Shown here in pieces: positions 25,436 to 33,124 of a stretch of 64,000 nt of DNA. The stretch is from Pseudomonadota bacterium (GTDB lineage Bacteria; Pseudomonadota; Gammaproteobacteria; Xanthomonadales; SZUA-38), in the NCBI GenBank assembly GCA_039033415.1, contig JBCCCR010000022.1, positions 29,579 through 93,578 on the forward strand, given 5' to 3'. Every line of letters starts with the position of its first letter. The first letter of the stretch is position 1. Position numbers and translations under genes: made by a program. The notes under the pieces are model-generated. The model was not told the DNA's origin. It was given only the letters and a program-made list of their open reading frames with translations, and did not search any database.

Positions 25436-26430
25436 GCCGGCGTAAGCGCACCGTTGAGCAGGTCAGCCTGTCGTTCCTCGACTGCATCTGCTGTGGTTTC
25501 GGCGCCATCATTTTGCTGCTGGTGATCGTGAAAACGGCCGAGCCGATGATCATCGAGGAAACCCGCGAAGACTTAAGCGGGCTCCTGGCGGATCTGCAGG
25601 AGCAGCTGGTGCAAATCCGCGGCGAGACCACGGTACTGAACCGCGATCTGCAAACCAAAGAGGAACAGCTCTCGGAGGTTGAGGACAGCATCGCGCGCCT
25701 GCGGATGCTGCTGTCGACCCTCAAATCCGAGTTTGACTCCTCTTCCGATCAGAGTGACGCCATCACGGCGATCGAAAACCAGCTCAGCCGAGCCCGTCAG
25801 CAGCTCAACGAGATGCAGCGGCGGCTGAACTATTCCCGGGCGCTCGAAGACACCACGGTGGGTGGTATCCCGGTGGACAGCGAATACGTGATCTTTGTGA
25901 TCGACACCTCCGGCAGTATGCGCAACTTCGGCTGGGACCTCCTGCTGGATAAGATCATTGAGACCCTCGACGTTTACCCGGAAGTGAAGGGCATCCAGGT
26001 GCTCAACGACATGGGGGAATACATGTTCTCGCGCTATGCCGAGCGCTGGATTCCCGACTCGCCCGGGCGTCGTCGGGCGATCATCGATCGGATGAAAACC
26101 TGGAGCGCGTTTTCCAACTCCAGCCCCGTCGAGGGGATCACCAAGGCGATTGCCCGCTTCTACAAGCCGGGGCAAAAAATCAGCGTCTACGTTTTTGGCG
26201 ACGACTTTTCGGGCCGCTCCATCGCCCGCGTGATCGAGACGATCGACAAAATCAACCGTGAAGACGCTGAGGGCAACCGCCTGGTGCGGATCCACACGGT
26301 CGGCTTCCCGGTGTGGTTCACCGCGCCCCGCTCCCAGCAGGCATCGGTGGAGCGCTTTGCCACCCTGATGCGCCTGCTGGCGGAAAAAAATGGCGGAACC
26401 TTTGTCGGATTGAATTCTCACCAGCCGTAG
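25432..26430 (+). CDS. ExbD/TolR/MotB-like TM helix (Asp17) - coiled coil - vWA domain protein, paralog 2
   Basis: 'MSRRKRTVEQVSLSFLDCICCGFGAIILLLVIV' (Asp codon 25480-82). Coiled coil at about aa 45-133. vWA domain with MIDAS 'DTSGS' (aa 158-162). ATGA overlap with paralog 1. Confidence 0.75.
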   Translation: MSRRKRTVEQVSLSFLDCICCGFGAIILLLVIVKTAEPMIIEETREDLSGLLADLQEQLVQIRGETTVLNRDLQTKEEQLSEVEDSIARLRMLLSTLKSEFDSSSDQSDAITAIENQLSRARQQLNEMQRRLNYSRALEDTTVGGIPVDSEYVIFVIDTSGSMRNFGWDLLLDKIIETLDVYPEVKGIQVLNDMGEYMFSRYAERWIPDSPGRRRAIIDRMKTWSAFSNSSPVEGITKAIARFYKPGQKISVYVFGDDFSGRSIARVIETIDKINREDAEGNRLVRIHTVGFPVWFTAPRSQQASVERFATLMRLLAEKNGGTFVGLNSHQP

Positions 26431-26486
26431 TTCACGATACCCCTCGTTTTTCGTTCCCCCTTTTTTCTTAAACGGAGACTCACACC

Positions 26487-26765
26487 ATGAGCCGAGCATC
26501 TGCGCGCCACATTCTGGTGGCCACCGAAGCTGATTGTTTGAACCTGAAAAGTGAAATCGAAGGTGGCGCCGACTTTGCCGACGTCGCCCGCCAGCACTCC
26601 AGCTGCCCGTCGGGTCAGCAGGGTGGCAACCTGGGCGAGTTTGGCCCGGGTCAGATGGTGCCGGAGTTTGACCAGGTGGTGTTCAGCGCACCGGTCGGAG
26701 AGCTTCAGGGACCGGTCAAAACCCAGTTTGGTTACCACCTGCTCGAGGTCACCGAGCGCTCCTGA
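26487..26765 (+). CDS. ppiC: parvulin-type peptidyl-prolyl cis-trans isomerase C
   Basis: 92-aa protein. 'ARHILV...CPSGQQGGNLGEFGPGQMVPEFD...TQFGYHLLEV' matches PpiC over its full length. Confidence 0.9.
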   Translation: MSRASARHILVATEADCLNLKSEIEGGADFADVARQHSSCPSGQQGGNLGEFGPGQMVPEFDQVVFSAPVGELQGPVKTQFGYHLLEVTERS

Positions 26766-26808
26766 GCGTGACCAGATGCGTGGGCGCGGCATGTGGCCGC
26801 GCCCCGCC

Positions 26809-27438
26809 TTAGACGGCCGCTGAGGGCCGCTCAGCAATCTCGCTGTACCAACGCTTGAGGCTCGGCTGGTCTTCACCGGGTTCGAGCTTGATGCGTGCGG
26901 CAAACTCCACCAGGCAGAAGCCGGTGATGTCCGCATAGGTAAAATTCTCGCCGGCAAGGTACGGCGTTTCCGACAGCCGTTCGTCCATCGTCGCCAGGAA
27001 CGCTTCACTGCGCAGGCGACCGCGTTCTACCAGCTCTGGAATCTGCGCAAATGGCTGCGGTCCGGTCACGGATCGGTCGGCAAAAAACTTCGAGAAATTG
27101 CGAAACGACTCGGCGACGGCGCTGTAACCCTCCAGCGTGCAGCGATCATTCCAGTTGGTGACCAGCGCTTTTTCTTTGGCGCTGACCCCGAGCATCGGTG
27201 GTTCGGGATAAACCTCCTCGAGGTAGACCGCAATGGCGTTGTTTTCCGTGAGCGCCGTGCCGTCGTCCAGCTCCAGTACGGGAATGGTGCAGGCCGGGTT
27301 GATCGCTCGAAACGCCGGTTCAAACTGTGCTTTTCTGCCCAGATCGACCACCACGGTCTCGATGTTGAGCCCCTTCTCAGCGATCAGCATGCGGGCCCGG
27401 CGCGGGCTGGGGGCGTGGGCAAAGTCGTAAAACTTCAT
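26809..27438 (-). CDS. glutathione S-transferase family protein
   Basis: Thioredoxin-like N-terminus 'MKFYDFAHAPSPRRARMLIAEKGL..' with 'IPVLELDDG' and an alpha-helical C-domain. Length is typical for a GST. Confidence 0.8.
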   Translation of the reverse strand: MKFYDFAHAPSPRRARMLIAEKGLNIETVVVDLGRKAQFEPAFRAINPACTIPVLELDDGTALTENNAIAVYLEEVYPEPPMLGVSAKEKALVTNWNDRCTLEGYSAVAESFRNFSKFFADRSVTGPQPFAQIPELVERGRLRSEAFLATMDERLSETPYLAGENFTYADITGFCLVEFAARIKLEPGEDQPSLKRWYSEIAERPSAAV

Positions 27439-27508
27439 AGGGTCGATTCCTGTTCAGGGTAACGGGTTGGATCTGCCGGATCAGCCGCAGGGGTCATAAG
27501 CTCGCGGG

Positions 27509-28300
27509 TCACTGCTTCGGGCTGTAGTAGCGCGTCAGGTAGGTGCACAGGCCGTCGAGGCCGGGAAACAGCACCCGCTCATTGATGTTGGACTGATCGA
27601 GCTTGTCGCGCACTTCCCACTTCATCGCTGCGGGAATGATGATCTTGCGACACACGGTTTCTGCCGGGGAAAACCACTGGTCCATGGAAATCTTCGGATT
27701 GGACATCACCGAGAACAGCCCGGACTGATTAACGATTCGCGCATCCAGCGACGGCGGCTCGATAAACACCACAAACGGATTCGCGCGCTGGGCGTCAAAA
27801 GCGTCAAGGGTATTGACCTCTTCGTGGAGCATCCGGGTGGTGAACACGCGGGCGCTCTCGCTGCGCAGGCGGCTCATGAGCTGTGAGGACAGGTGCTGGT
27901 TGGTCGCCACAAAGTTCACGCACCAGATAGCGCCGTCCAGCTCAAACTTGTCCGTGTGGTCGGTGCAGAAATTTAGAGCAACGTAAGGTGAGTAGGTCCA
28001 GTCGAGCAGCCGGGTGGGCAGCCCGTGGTGCTGCGCCAGCGCCAGCCAGTTCCAGATATAGGCTTCCTCGTTCATCTCCAGGTGGGCGTACTTCTGGAAG
28101 CTGCGCAGGATGTGGGGCTCCAGCCGGGCGTAGTCCCCGCCGAGGCGCATCAGGGTGGTTTCCAGCCCGTAGCGGGCGTCCGAGACGCCGCGATAGGCAA
28201 AGTTCGAGCGGTAGCGACCGATCTGAGGATGGGGCGGCTCGTCGAACAACACCTGGTTGAGATGCGCCCAGTTTTCTACCCGGATTTCTTCGATGGCCAC
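27509..28300 (-). CDS. FRG-domain protein
   Basis: 'AYRGVSDARYGLETTLMR' and 'LALAQHHGLPTRLLDWTYSPYVALNF' match the FRG-domain signature. GTG start. Confidence 0.75.
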   Translation of the reverse strand: MAIEEIRVENWAHLNQVLFDEPPHPQIGRYRSNFAYRGVSDARYGLETTLMRLGGDYARLEPHILRSFQKYAHLEMNEEAYIWNWLALAQHHGLPTRLLDWTYSPYVALNFCTDHTDKFELDGAIWCVNFVATNQHLSSQLMSRLRSESARVFTTRMLHEEVNTLDAFDAQRANPFVVFIEPPSLDARIVNQSGLFSVMSNPKISMDQWFSPAETVCRKIIIPAAMKWEVRDKLDQSNINERVLFPGLDGLCTYLTRYYSPKQ

Positions 28301-28417
28301 TGAGCGTCCCGCGACTGAATTAACGGGAGATTATAGCCTCCGCGTTCGTCGAGTTGGCGGATTTGCCGGAGGCCGGGTAGAGTGCCGCCAGCTTCCTGAA
28401 TTGCAGCGCCGTTTGCC

Positions 28418-29131
28418 ATGACCGCCACTGATCCAAACCCCGTTTACGTGATCGAACCGCCACCGCAGGCCTGGGTGCCGGTGGGTGAGGGGTGGGAGCG
28501 ATTTCCCGTGCGCCGCATCTACTGTGTCGGTCGGAACTACGCTGAGCACGCCCGGGAAATGGGGGGTGACGACCGCGACCCGCCGTTCTTTTTCCAAAAG
28601 CCAGCTGACGCTCTTCTGCACAGCGGGAAGGTGCTGCCTTATCCGCCGCTGACCGAAGACCTGCACCACGAGGTGGAGCTGGTCATGGCGCTCAAGAGCG
28701 GGGGCCGCAGGCTGTCGGCGAGCGCCGTCGCAGACGCGGTTTATGGACTGGCTGTCGGCATCGACTTCACCCGCCGCGATCTCCAGGCCGTGGCGAAGAA
28801 GGCCGGACGCCCCTGGGAAATTGGTAAGGCGTTCGATCACTCGGCGGCCATTGCGCCGCTGACGCCGCTGGACGGCGCGCCACTGCCCACAAGCGGCGAG
28901 ATCGTGCTGTCGGTGAACGGTGAGGTCCGTCAGCGGGGGGACATCCAGGATATGGTCTGGGGCTGCCTCGAAATTATCCAGACCCTGTCGACTCACTACA
29001 CCCTGGCGCCCGGCGACCTGATCTATACCGGCACGCCGGCCGGCGTGGGGCCCTTGATACCCGGGGATCAGCTCGAGGCCAGCGTCACCGGCCTGGCTCC
29101 ACTGGCAATCGCGGTCAGCGACCGGGACTGA
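28418..29131 (+). CDS. fumarylacetoacetate hydrolase (FAH) family protein
   Basis: 'RIYCVGRNYAEHAREMG', 'HEVELV' and 'GDLIYTGTPAGVG' are FAH-family blocks. Confidence 0.85.
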   Translation: MTATDPNPVYVIEPPPQAWVPVGEGWERFPVRRIYCVGRNYAEHAREMGGDDRDPPFFFQKPADALLHSGKVLPYPPLTEDLHHEVELVMALKSGGRRLSASAVADAVYGLAVGIDFTRRDLQAVAKKAGRPWEIGKAFDHSAAIAPLTPLDGAPLPTSGEIVLSVNGEVRQRGDIQDMVWGCLEIIQTLSTHYTLAPGDLIYTGTPAGVGPLIPGDQLEASVTGLAPLAIAVSDRD

Positions 29132-31100
29132 GGGTGCTGTGGAGCAGGTCAACCTGCAGGCTGTGAAAGCGCGAGATATAAAGCACCTGGCCGTCAGCTG
29201 ACGCTCCGAGCGCCAGTCCCACCGTGCTGGGCGCCGGCGAGTCGACCACACCCCGTTCCGGCCCGCTGAGGGAGCGCCACTCAAGGCCGTCCGCCGAAAC
29301 AAAATAGAGCCGGTTGCCGCCGATGGTCCAATCAAGTTCGCGGTTGGCCGGCAGCGCCACGGTGGGGGAGAGCGTGCGGTCGTTCTCCAGCCGCACCACG
29401 CCAGCCTGGCCTCCGACCCCGAGATAGAGCTGGCCGCTGCGATCTTGCTCCAAGCGGTTGAATGTCCCTTCGCGAATCAGCATGGCGGTGCCGCCCTGCC
29501 AGCGGAATAGCCCCTGACTTGCGCCGTCGGAACCCAGGAAGTAAAGGGTCCCCGCCGGATCGGCCACCACTTCGCTGGGCGCAAACTCGGCCGGCACCAT
29601 CAGCTCCGGTTCGCCGCGGGACAGGCTTACGGCAAAAACCTCGGAACCACGAGGGCTGTACACCACGTAGAGCAGCCGGCGGTTGTTCTGCCAGGAGGGC
29701 CGGGTGATTCGACCGTCGCTGAGACCCGCCCGCAGCGATGCCTCGCTGCCGTCGGGCTCGCTGAGCCACAGGCCGGTGGTGCCGCTCCGGGTGGAGACAA
29801 AGGCCAGGACGCGGCCGTCAGGCGACAACCTCGGGTGATTATCATAGTGCTGAGAGCCCACCGTCAGCTTGGTTTGGCTGCCGTCCCAGCGCCAGATATC
29901 AGCGCGATAGCGCGGCAGTTCGAAAACCAGGTTGGGAGCCTCAAAATCCAGGTTCATCACCCCGGTTTGCCCATAGTCTTGCCACGTGTCGCTGCCTGTA
30001 TGGTGGCGCCAAAGTCGCCTGACGCCCGAACGGTCGCTGCTGAGCATGACCTGGTCCCGGTTGATCCACGCGTGACCAAAGACCATCTGGTGGTCTTGTG
30101 TCAGCGGCGTAGCGCCACCGGGCTCGGTTTGCATCAGTTCGCCGACTCGGCCGTCGCTGCGCACAAACGATACGTTCACGCCGTCCGGGTGAAAGCGCGG
30201 CGTCAGGTCCTCGGCGGGTGGCCTGGGCCGGGTCCGAACGGTGGTAACCCCCGTTGCGACATCGAGCACGGAGATGCCGCCGCGACGGTTCTCAAAGGCC
30301 AGCTGCCCGCCGTCCTTCGACCAGTCCAGTCCGCCGGGCGCCCGACGGCAGGGTGTAACCGCTGTATCGATCGGGCCGGCCGCTGCCGTGTTTGAGTGGA
30401 TCTGCAGTTGGCACCCGTCCTCCGCCTCAATCATCAGCGCCCGAAATATTGGTCCCGGATGAACATGCCGTACGCTCGCGGGCCATTCCCCCGCCTCGAT
30501 CTTGAGCGAAGCCAGCGTCAGCCGTTGCCCCGGATGGGTGACCACACCCTGCGAGTCAGCCGCGTTGAACCACACCTGCTGGTCGTAAAGCACCGGCCAG
30601 CGCGCCGCGCCGGTGAAGGAGGTCAGCCGCGTGGCCTCGCGGTCGGCCGGCATTTCGGTTTGCGCCGTCGGCGGCACCTCCGCCTGAGGCGCCACGGACC
30701 GTCCAAGGCCCAACGCGACAACACCGGCAACGGCCGCGGTGGCTAGGCCAGCGATCCACGGCCAGGCTCGACGGGAGTGCGACGCTGGGTCGGCGCTGGG
30801 GGGCGAGGCCGCCTGCTCGCGCAGCCGGTAGCCGCGGCGTGGGATCGTTTCAATGAAATGGGGGTTGCGGGCCTCGTCGCCGAGGGCCTGGCGCAGTTCG
30901 TTGATGATCCGAGACAGGCCTTCGTCGCTCAGCCCAACCCGGTCGGCGAGCTCGGCGCGGCTCAGGACCCGGCCCGGCACCTCCGCCAGCAGCAGCAGCG
31001 TGTGTGACGCTTTTGGCGTTAACCGGACCTGTTGCCGGTGGCCGACCAGTTCGTTGGCATCGGGATCGAACCACCAGGGATGGATGCGTAGCTTGCCCAA
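29115..31100 (-). CDS. ToxR/CadC-type membrane-bound winged-helix regulator with a periplasmic TolB-like beta-propeller
   Basis: N-terminal OmpR/PhoB-type wHTH ('..VRLTPKASHTLLLLAE..LSRAEL..ETIPRRGYRL'). TM helix 'WPWIAGLATAAVAGVVALGL'. C-terminal repeats ('PRLSPDGRVLAFVS', 'PRFHPDGVNVSFV', 'DWSKDGGQLAFE') are typical of TolB/WD40-like propellers. TTG start. Confidence 0.75.
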   Translation of the reverse strand: MGKLRIHPWWFDPDANELVGHRQQVRLTPKASHTLLLLAEVPGRVLSRAELADRVGLSDEGLSRIINELRQALGDEARNPHFIETIPRRGYRLREQAASPPSADPASHSRRAWPWIAGLATAAVAGVVALGLGRSVAPQAEVPPTAQTEMPADREATRLTSFTGAARWPVLYDQQVWFNAADSQGVVTHPGQRLTLASLKIEAGEWPASVRHVHPGPIFRALMIEAEDGCQLQIHSNTAAAGPIDTAVTPCRRAPGGLDWSKDGGQLAFENRRGGISVLDVATGVTTVRTRPRPPAEDLTPRFHPDGVNVSFVRSDGRVGELMQTEPGGATPLTQDHQMVFGHAWINRDQVMLSSDRSGVRRLWRHHTGSDTWQDYGQTGVMNLDFEAPNLVFELPRYRADIWRWDGSQTKLTVGSQHYDNHPRLSPDGRVLAFVSTRSGTTGLWLSEPDGSEASLRAGLSDGRITRPSWQNNRRLLYVVYSPRGSEVFAVSLSRGEPELMVPAEFAPSEVVADPAGTLYFLGSDGASQGLFRWQGGTAMLIREGTFNRLEQDRSGQLYLGVGGQAGVVRLENDRTLSPTVALPANRELDWTIGGNRLYFVSADGLEWRSLSGPERGVVDSPAPSTVGLALGASADGQVLYISRFHSLQVDLLHSTLSPGR

Positions 31101-31216
31101 GTCAGGCCTGCTGGGGCTGCGCTGAAGAAAAACCGAAGAACTTTCGAAGACGACCGAAAGGACTCAACCGCCACTCCCTGTAGGTTTCGACGGCGTTCAG
31201 TTTACCGGGAGAGTCC

Positions 31217-32566
31217 ATGTTTGGTGTAACACACAGGGCTGGCCAGTGGGCCGGCACAGGGGCTGCCGCGCGCACGCTGGCGCTAATCACGCTGGCGCTG
31301 CTGGCGTCAACCGGGGCAGTCGCCGCTGAGAAGGGCTGCGCGCAGCAGCTGCTGGTTAGCGGCTATACCTCCGACAATGTTCACAGCTTCGATTTGTGCA
31401 GCGGTCAGTTTATACGATTGCTGGACACCGGCGGACGCCTCAACGGGGTGCAGGCGGTCCGGCGCGGCAACGGGTACCTGTATGTGGCGAGTGAGGAGAA
31501 CAACCGCGTGGTGCGCTACGACGAAACCACCCTCGCGTTTATCGACGTGTTTGTCGAAACCAGCGCCATCGGCATCAGCAAACCGACCGGTCTGGCGGTC
31601 GGTCCGGACGGGGACCTGTACATCGCGGGCTTCACCACAACCGATGTGGTGCGCGTCGACGGGGAGTCGGGAAGCGAAAAACGCCGGTACAGCCTCGCCG
31701 GGCAGATTTCCGGCATCGACGCTGGGATGGTGTTCGATCCGACGGACCGGCTCCTGGTGCCCGGCTTCAACTCGGGGAACATCGTCAGCCTCAACGTCGA
31801 TACCGGTACGGCCACGGAGCTGATAGCGGCAGGGAGCGGCGGGCTCGCATCACCCCGGGTCATTGTGATCGACGCTGGCGGCGAACGGCTGCTGGTGAGC
31901 TCCTGGGGTTCGGGCAGCGTGCTGTCTTTTGGGTTCGACGGAACATTCATCGAGCGCCTGCTGCTCCGCAACGGGCCCAGCGGCCTGGTCCAGGAGCCTT
32001 CCGGCAGTCTGCTGGTGGTGTCCGATCAGCAGGCCCAGGTTGTGCGGCATGGTGCGGACGGCACCCGGCAGGAGGTATTGATCGAAGCCGGGCAGGGGGG
32101 CGTTTTGGGCGCGACGTTTCTCACGCTGCTCGGTACCGAGGGGGACGCGCCGCCGGCCAGTGAGGCGGATCAGGCGTGGCTCATTGGCGTCGGCGGTTTT
32201 GAGGGCAACACGCTCGTGGCCGAGATGGTGATCACCGATGGGGCCGCGTTCGGTGCCGACTTCGATCCCGCACAAGTCAGGCGCGTGCCCTGGGGGACGC
32301 TGGAGTTTGAGCTGACCGGCTGCGCCAGCGCCAGCTACCGCTGGTCTGGGCTGGAAGCGGCCTACGGTTCGGGTGCGTATGACGTCCAGCGGGTGGCGCC
32401 CAATCTGGCGCAGCAGGAGTGTGAGGCCGAGGGACTGGCGCCGGCGGCGGCGCGGGGAACCTGGTTCGGCGGCGGCGCACGTGACGGCGAGGGGCTGCTG
32501 ATCGACGTGTTGCAGAGCGGTGACGCCGTCATCACCCTTTACAGCTACCGCCCCTCGTCGGGCTAA
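31217..32566 (+). CDS. secreted NHL-like beta-propeller protein with an uncharacterised C-terminal module
   Basis: Signal peptide, then NHL-like blades ('NNRVVRYDE', 'GLAVGPDGDLYIAGFTTTDVVRVD', 'GNIVSLN', 'GSVLSF'). The C-terminal region of about 135 aa shares 'FGADFD..WG..F..C' and 'GEG' motifs with the C-terminus of the 58127 gene. Confidence 0.7.
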   Translation: MFGVTHRAGQWAGTGAAARTLALITLALLASTGAVAAEKGCAQQLLVSGYTSDNVHSFDLCSGQFIRLLDTGGRLNGVQAVRRGNGYLYVASEENNRVVRYDETTLAFIDVFVETSAIGISKPTGLAVGPDGDLYIAGFTTTDVVRVDGESGSEKRRYSLAGQISGIDAGMVFDPTDRLLVPGFNSGNIVSLNVDTGTATELIAAGSGGLASPRVIVIDAGGERLLVSSWGSGSVLSFGFDGTFIERLLLRNGPSGLVQEPSGSLLVVSDQQAQVVRHGADGTRQEVLIEAGQGGVLGATFLTLLGTEGDAPPASEADQAWLIGVGGFEGNTLVAEMVITDGAAFGADFDPAQVRRVPWGTLEFELTGCASASYRWSGLEAAYGSGAYDVQRVAPNLAQQECEAEGLAPAAARGTWFGGGARDGEGLLIDVLQSGDAVITLYSYRPSSG

Positions 32567-33006
32567 ACGGTCAGCTTTTCGACGGCGGCCAGCATCGGCG
32601 CCGGGATGGCGGTCGGTCGGTGGCTGTCCCGGTCGACGTACACGTGAACAAACTTCGCCAGCGCGGCCGTTTCGGTTGCGCCCTCGGCAAACAGACCCAC
32701 CTGATAGATGATGCTGGAGCGGCCGATTCGCTGGACCGCTAACCCGCCGTCGATGTTCTGCGGATACACGAGCGGCGCAAAATAGTTGCAGCGCGTTTCG
32801 ACCACCAGACCCACAACGTCGCTGCGCTCGATGTCCAGCGCCCCTTCTTCGACCAGATAGCCGTTCACCACCGTGTCGACGAGGTGGTAATACACCGCGT
32901 TGTTCACGTGTCGATAGATGTCGTTGTCGCTCCAGCGGGTCTGTAGCGTCTGAAAATGCACAAATGCGCTGCGGGGCAGGGGCGCTACGCGGGATTCGTC
33001 CGTCAT
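32563..33006 (-). CDS. acyl-CoA thioesterase (4HBT/YbgC-like hotdog fold)
   Basis: 'RWSDNDIYRHVNNAVYYHLVD' block. Start set at ATG 33006 (147 aa). The track ORF carries a 42-aa upstream extension. Confidence 0.8.
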   Translation of the reverse strand: MTDESRVAPLPRSAFVHFQTLQTRWSDNDIYRHVNNAVYYHLVDTVVNGYLVEEGALDIERSDVVGLVVETRCNYFAPLVYPQNIDGGLAVQRIGRSSIIYQVGLFAEGATETAALAKFVHVYVDRDSHRPTAIPAPMLAAVEKLTV

Positions 33007-33124
33007 GGCAAGGCACCGAAAAAGGGGCGCATTATGGCGCACCGCCGTTGCCGCATAAAGCGAGCCCCGACGGCGGGATTGGGTACAATCCTGGCTCGAG
33101 GAGAAGTAACCAAGGGAGCCAGGG

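Noticed and set aside
26782-26804. 9-bp GC hairpin (gggcgcggc / gccgcgccc) between convergent ppiC and GST genes
   Set aside because: It is plausibly a bidirectional terminator stem, but it lacks any U-tract on either strand. That is too weak to list as a feature.
31850-33016. 388-aa minus-strand ORF
   Set aside because: It overlaps the NHL-propeller gene (antisense) and the thioesterase gene (out of frame). Composition is Arg/Gly/Pro-rich and no domain is recognisable.
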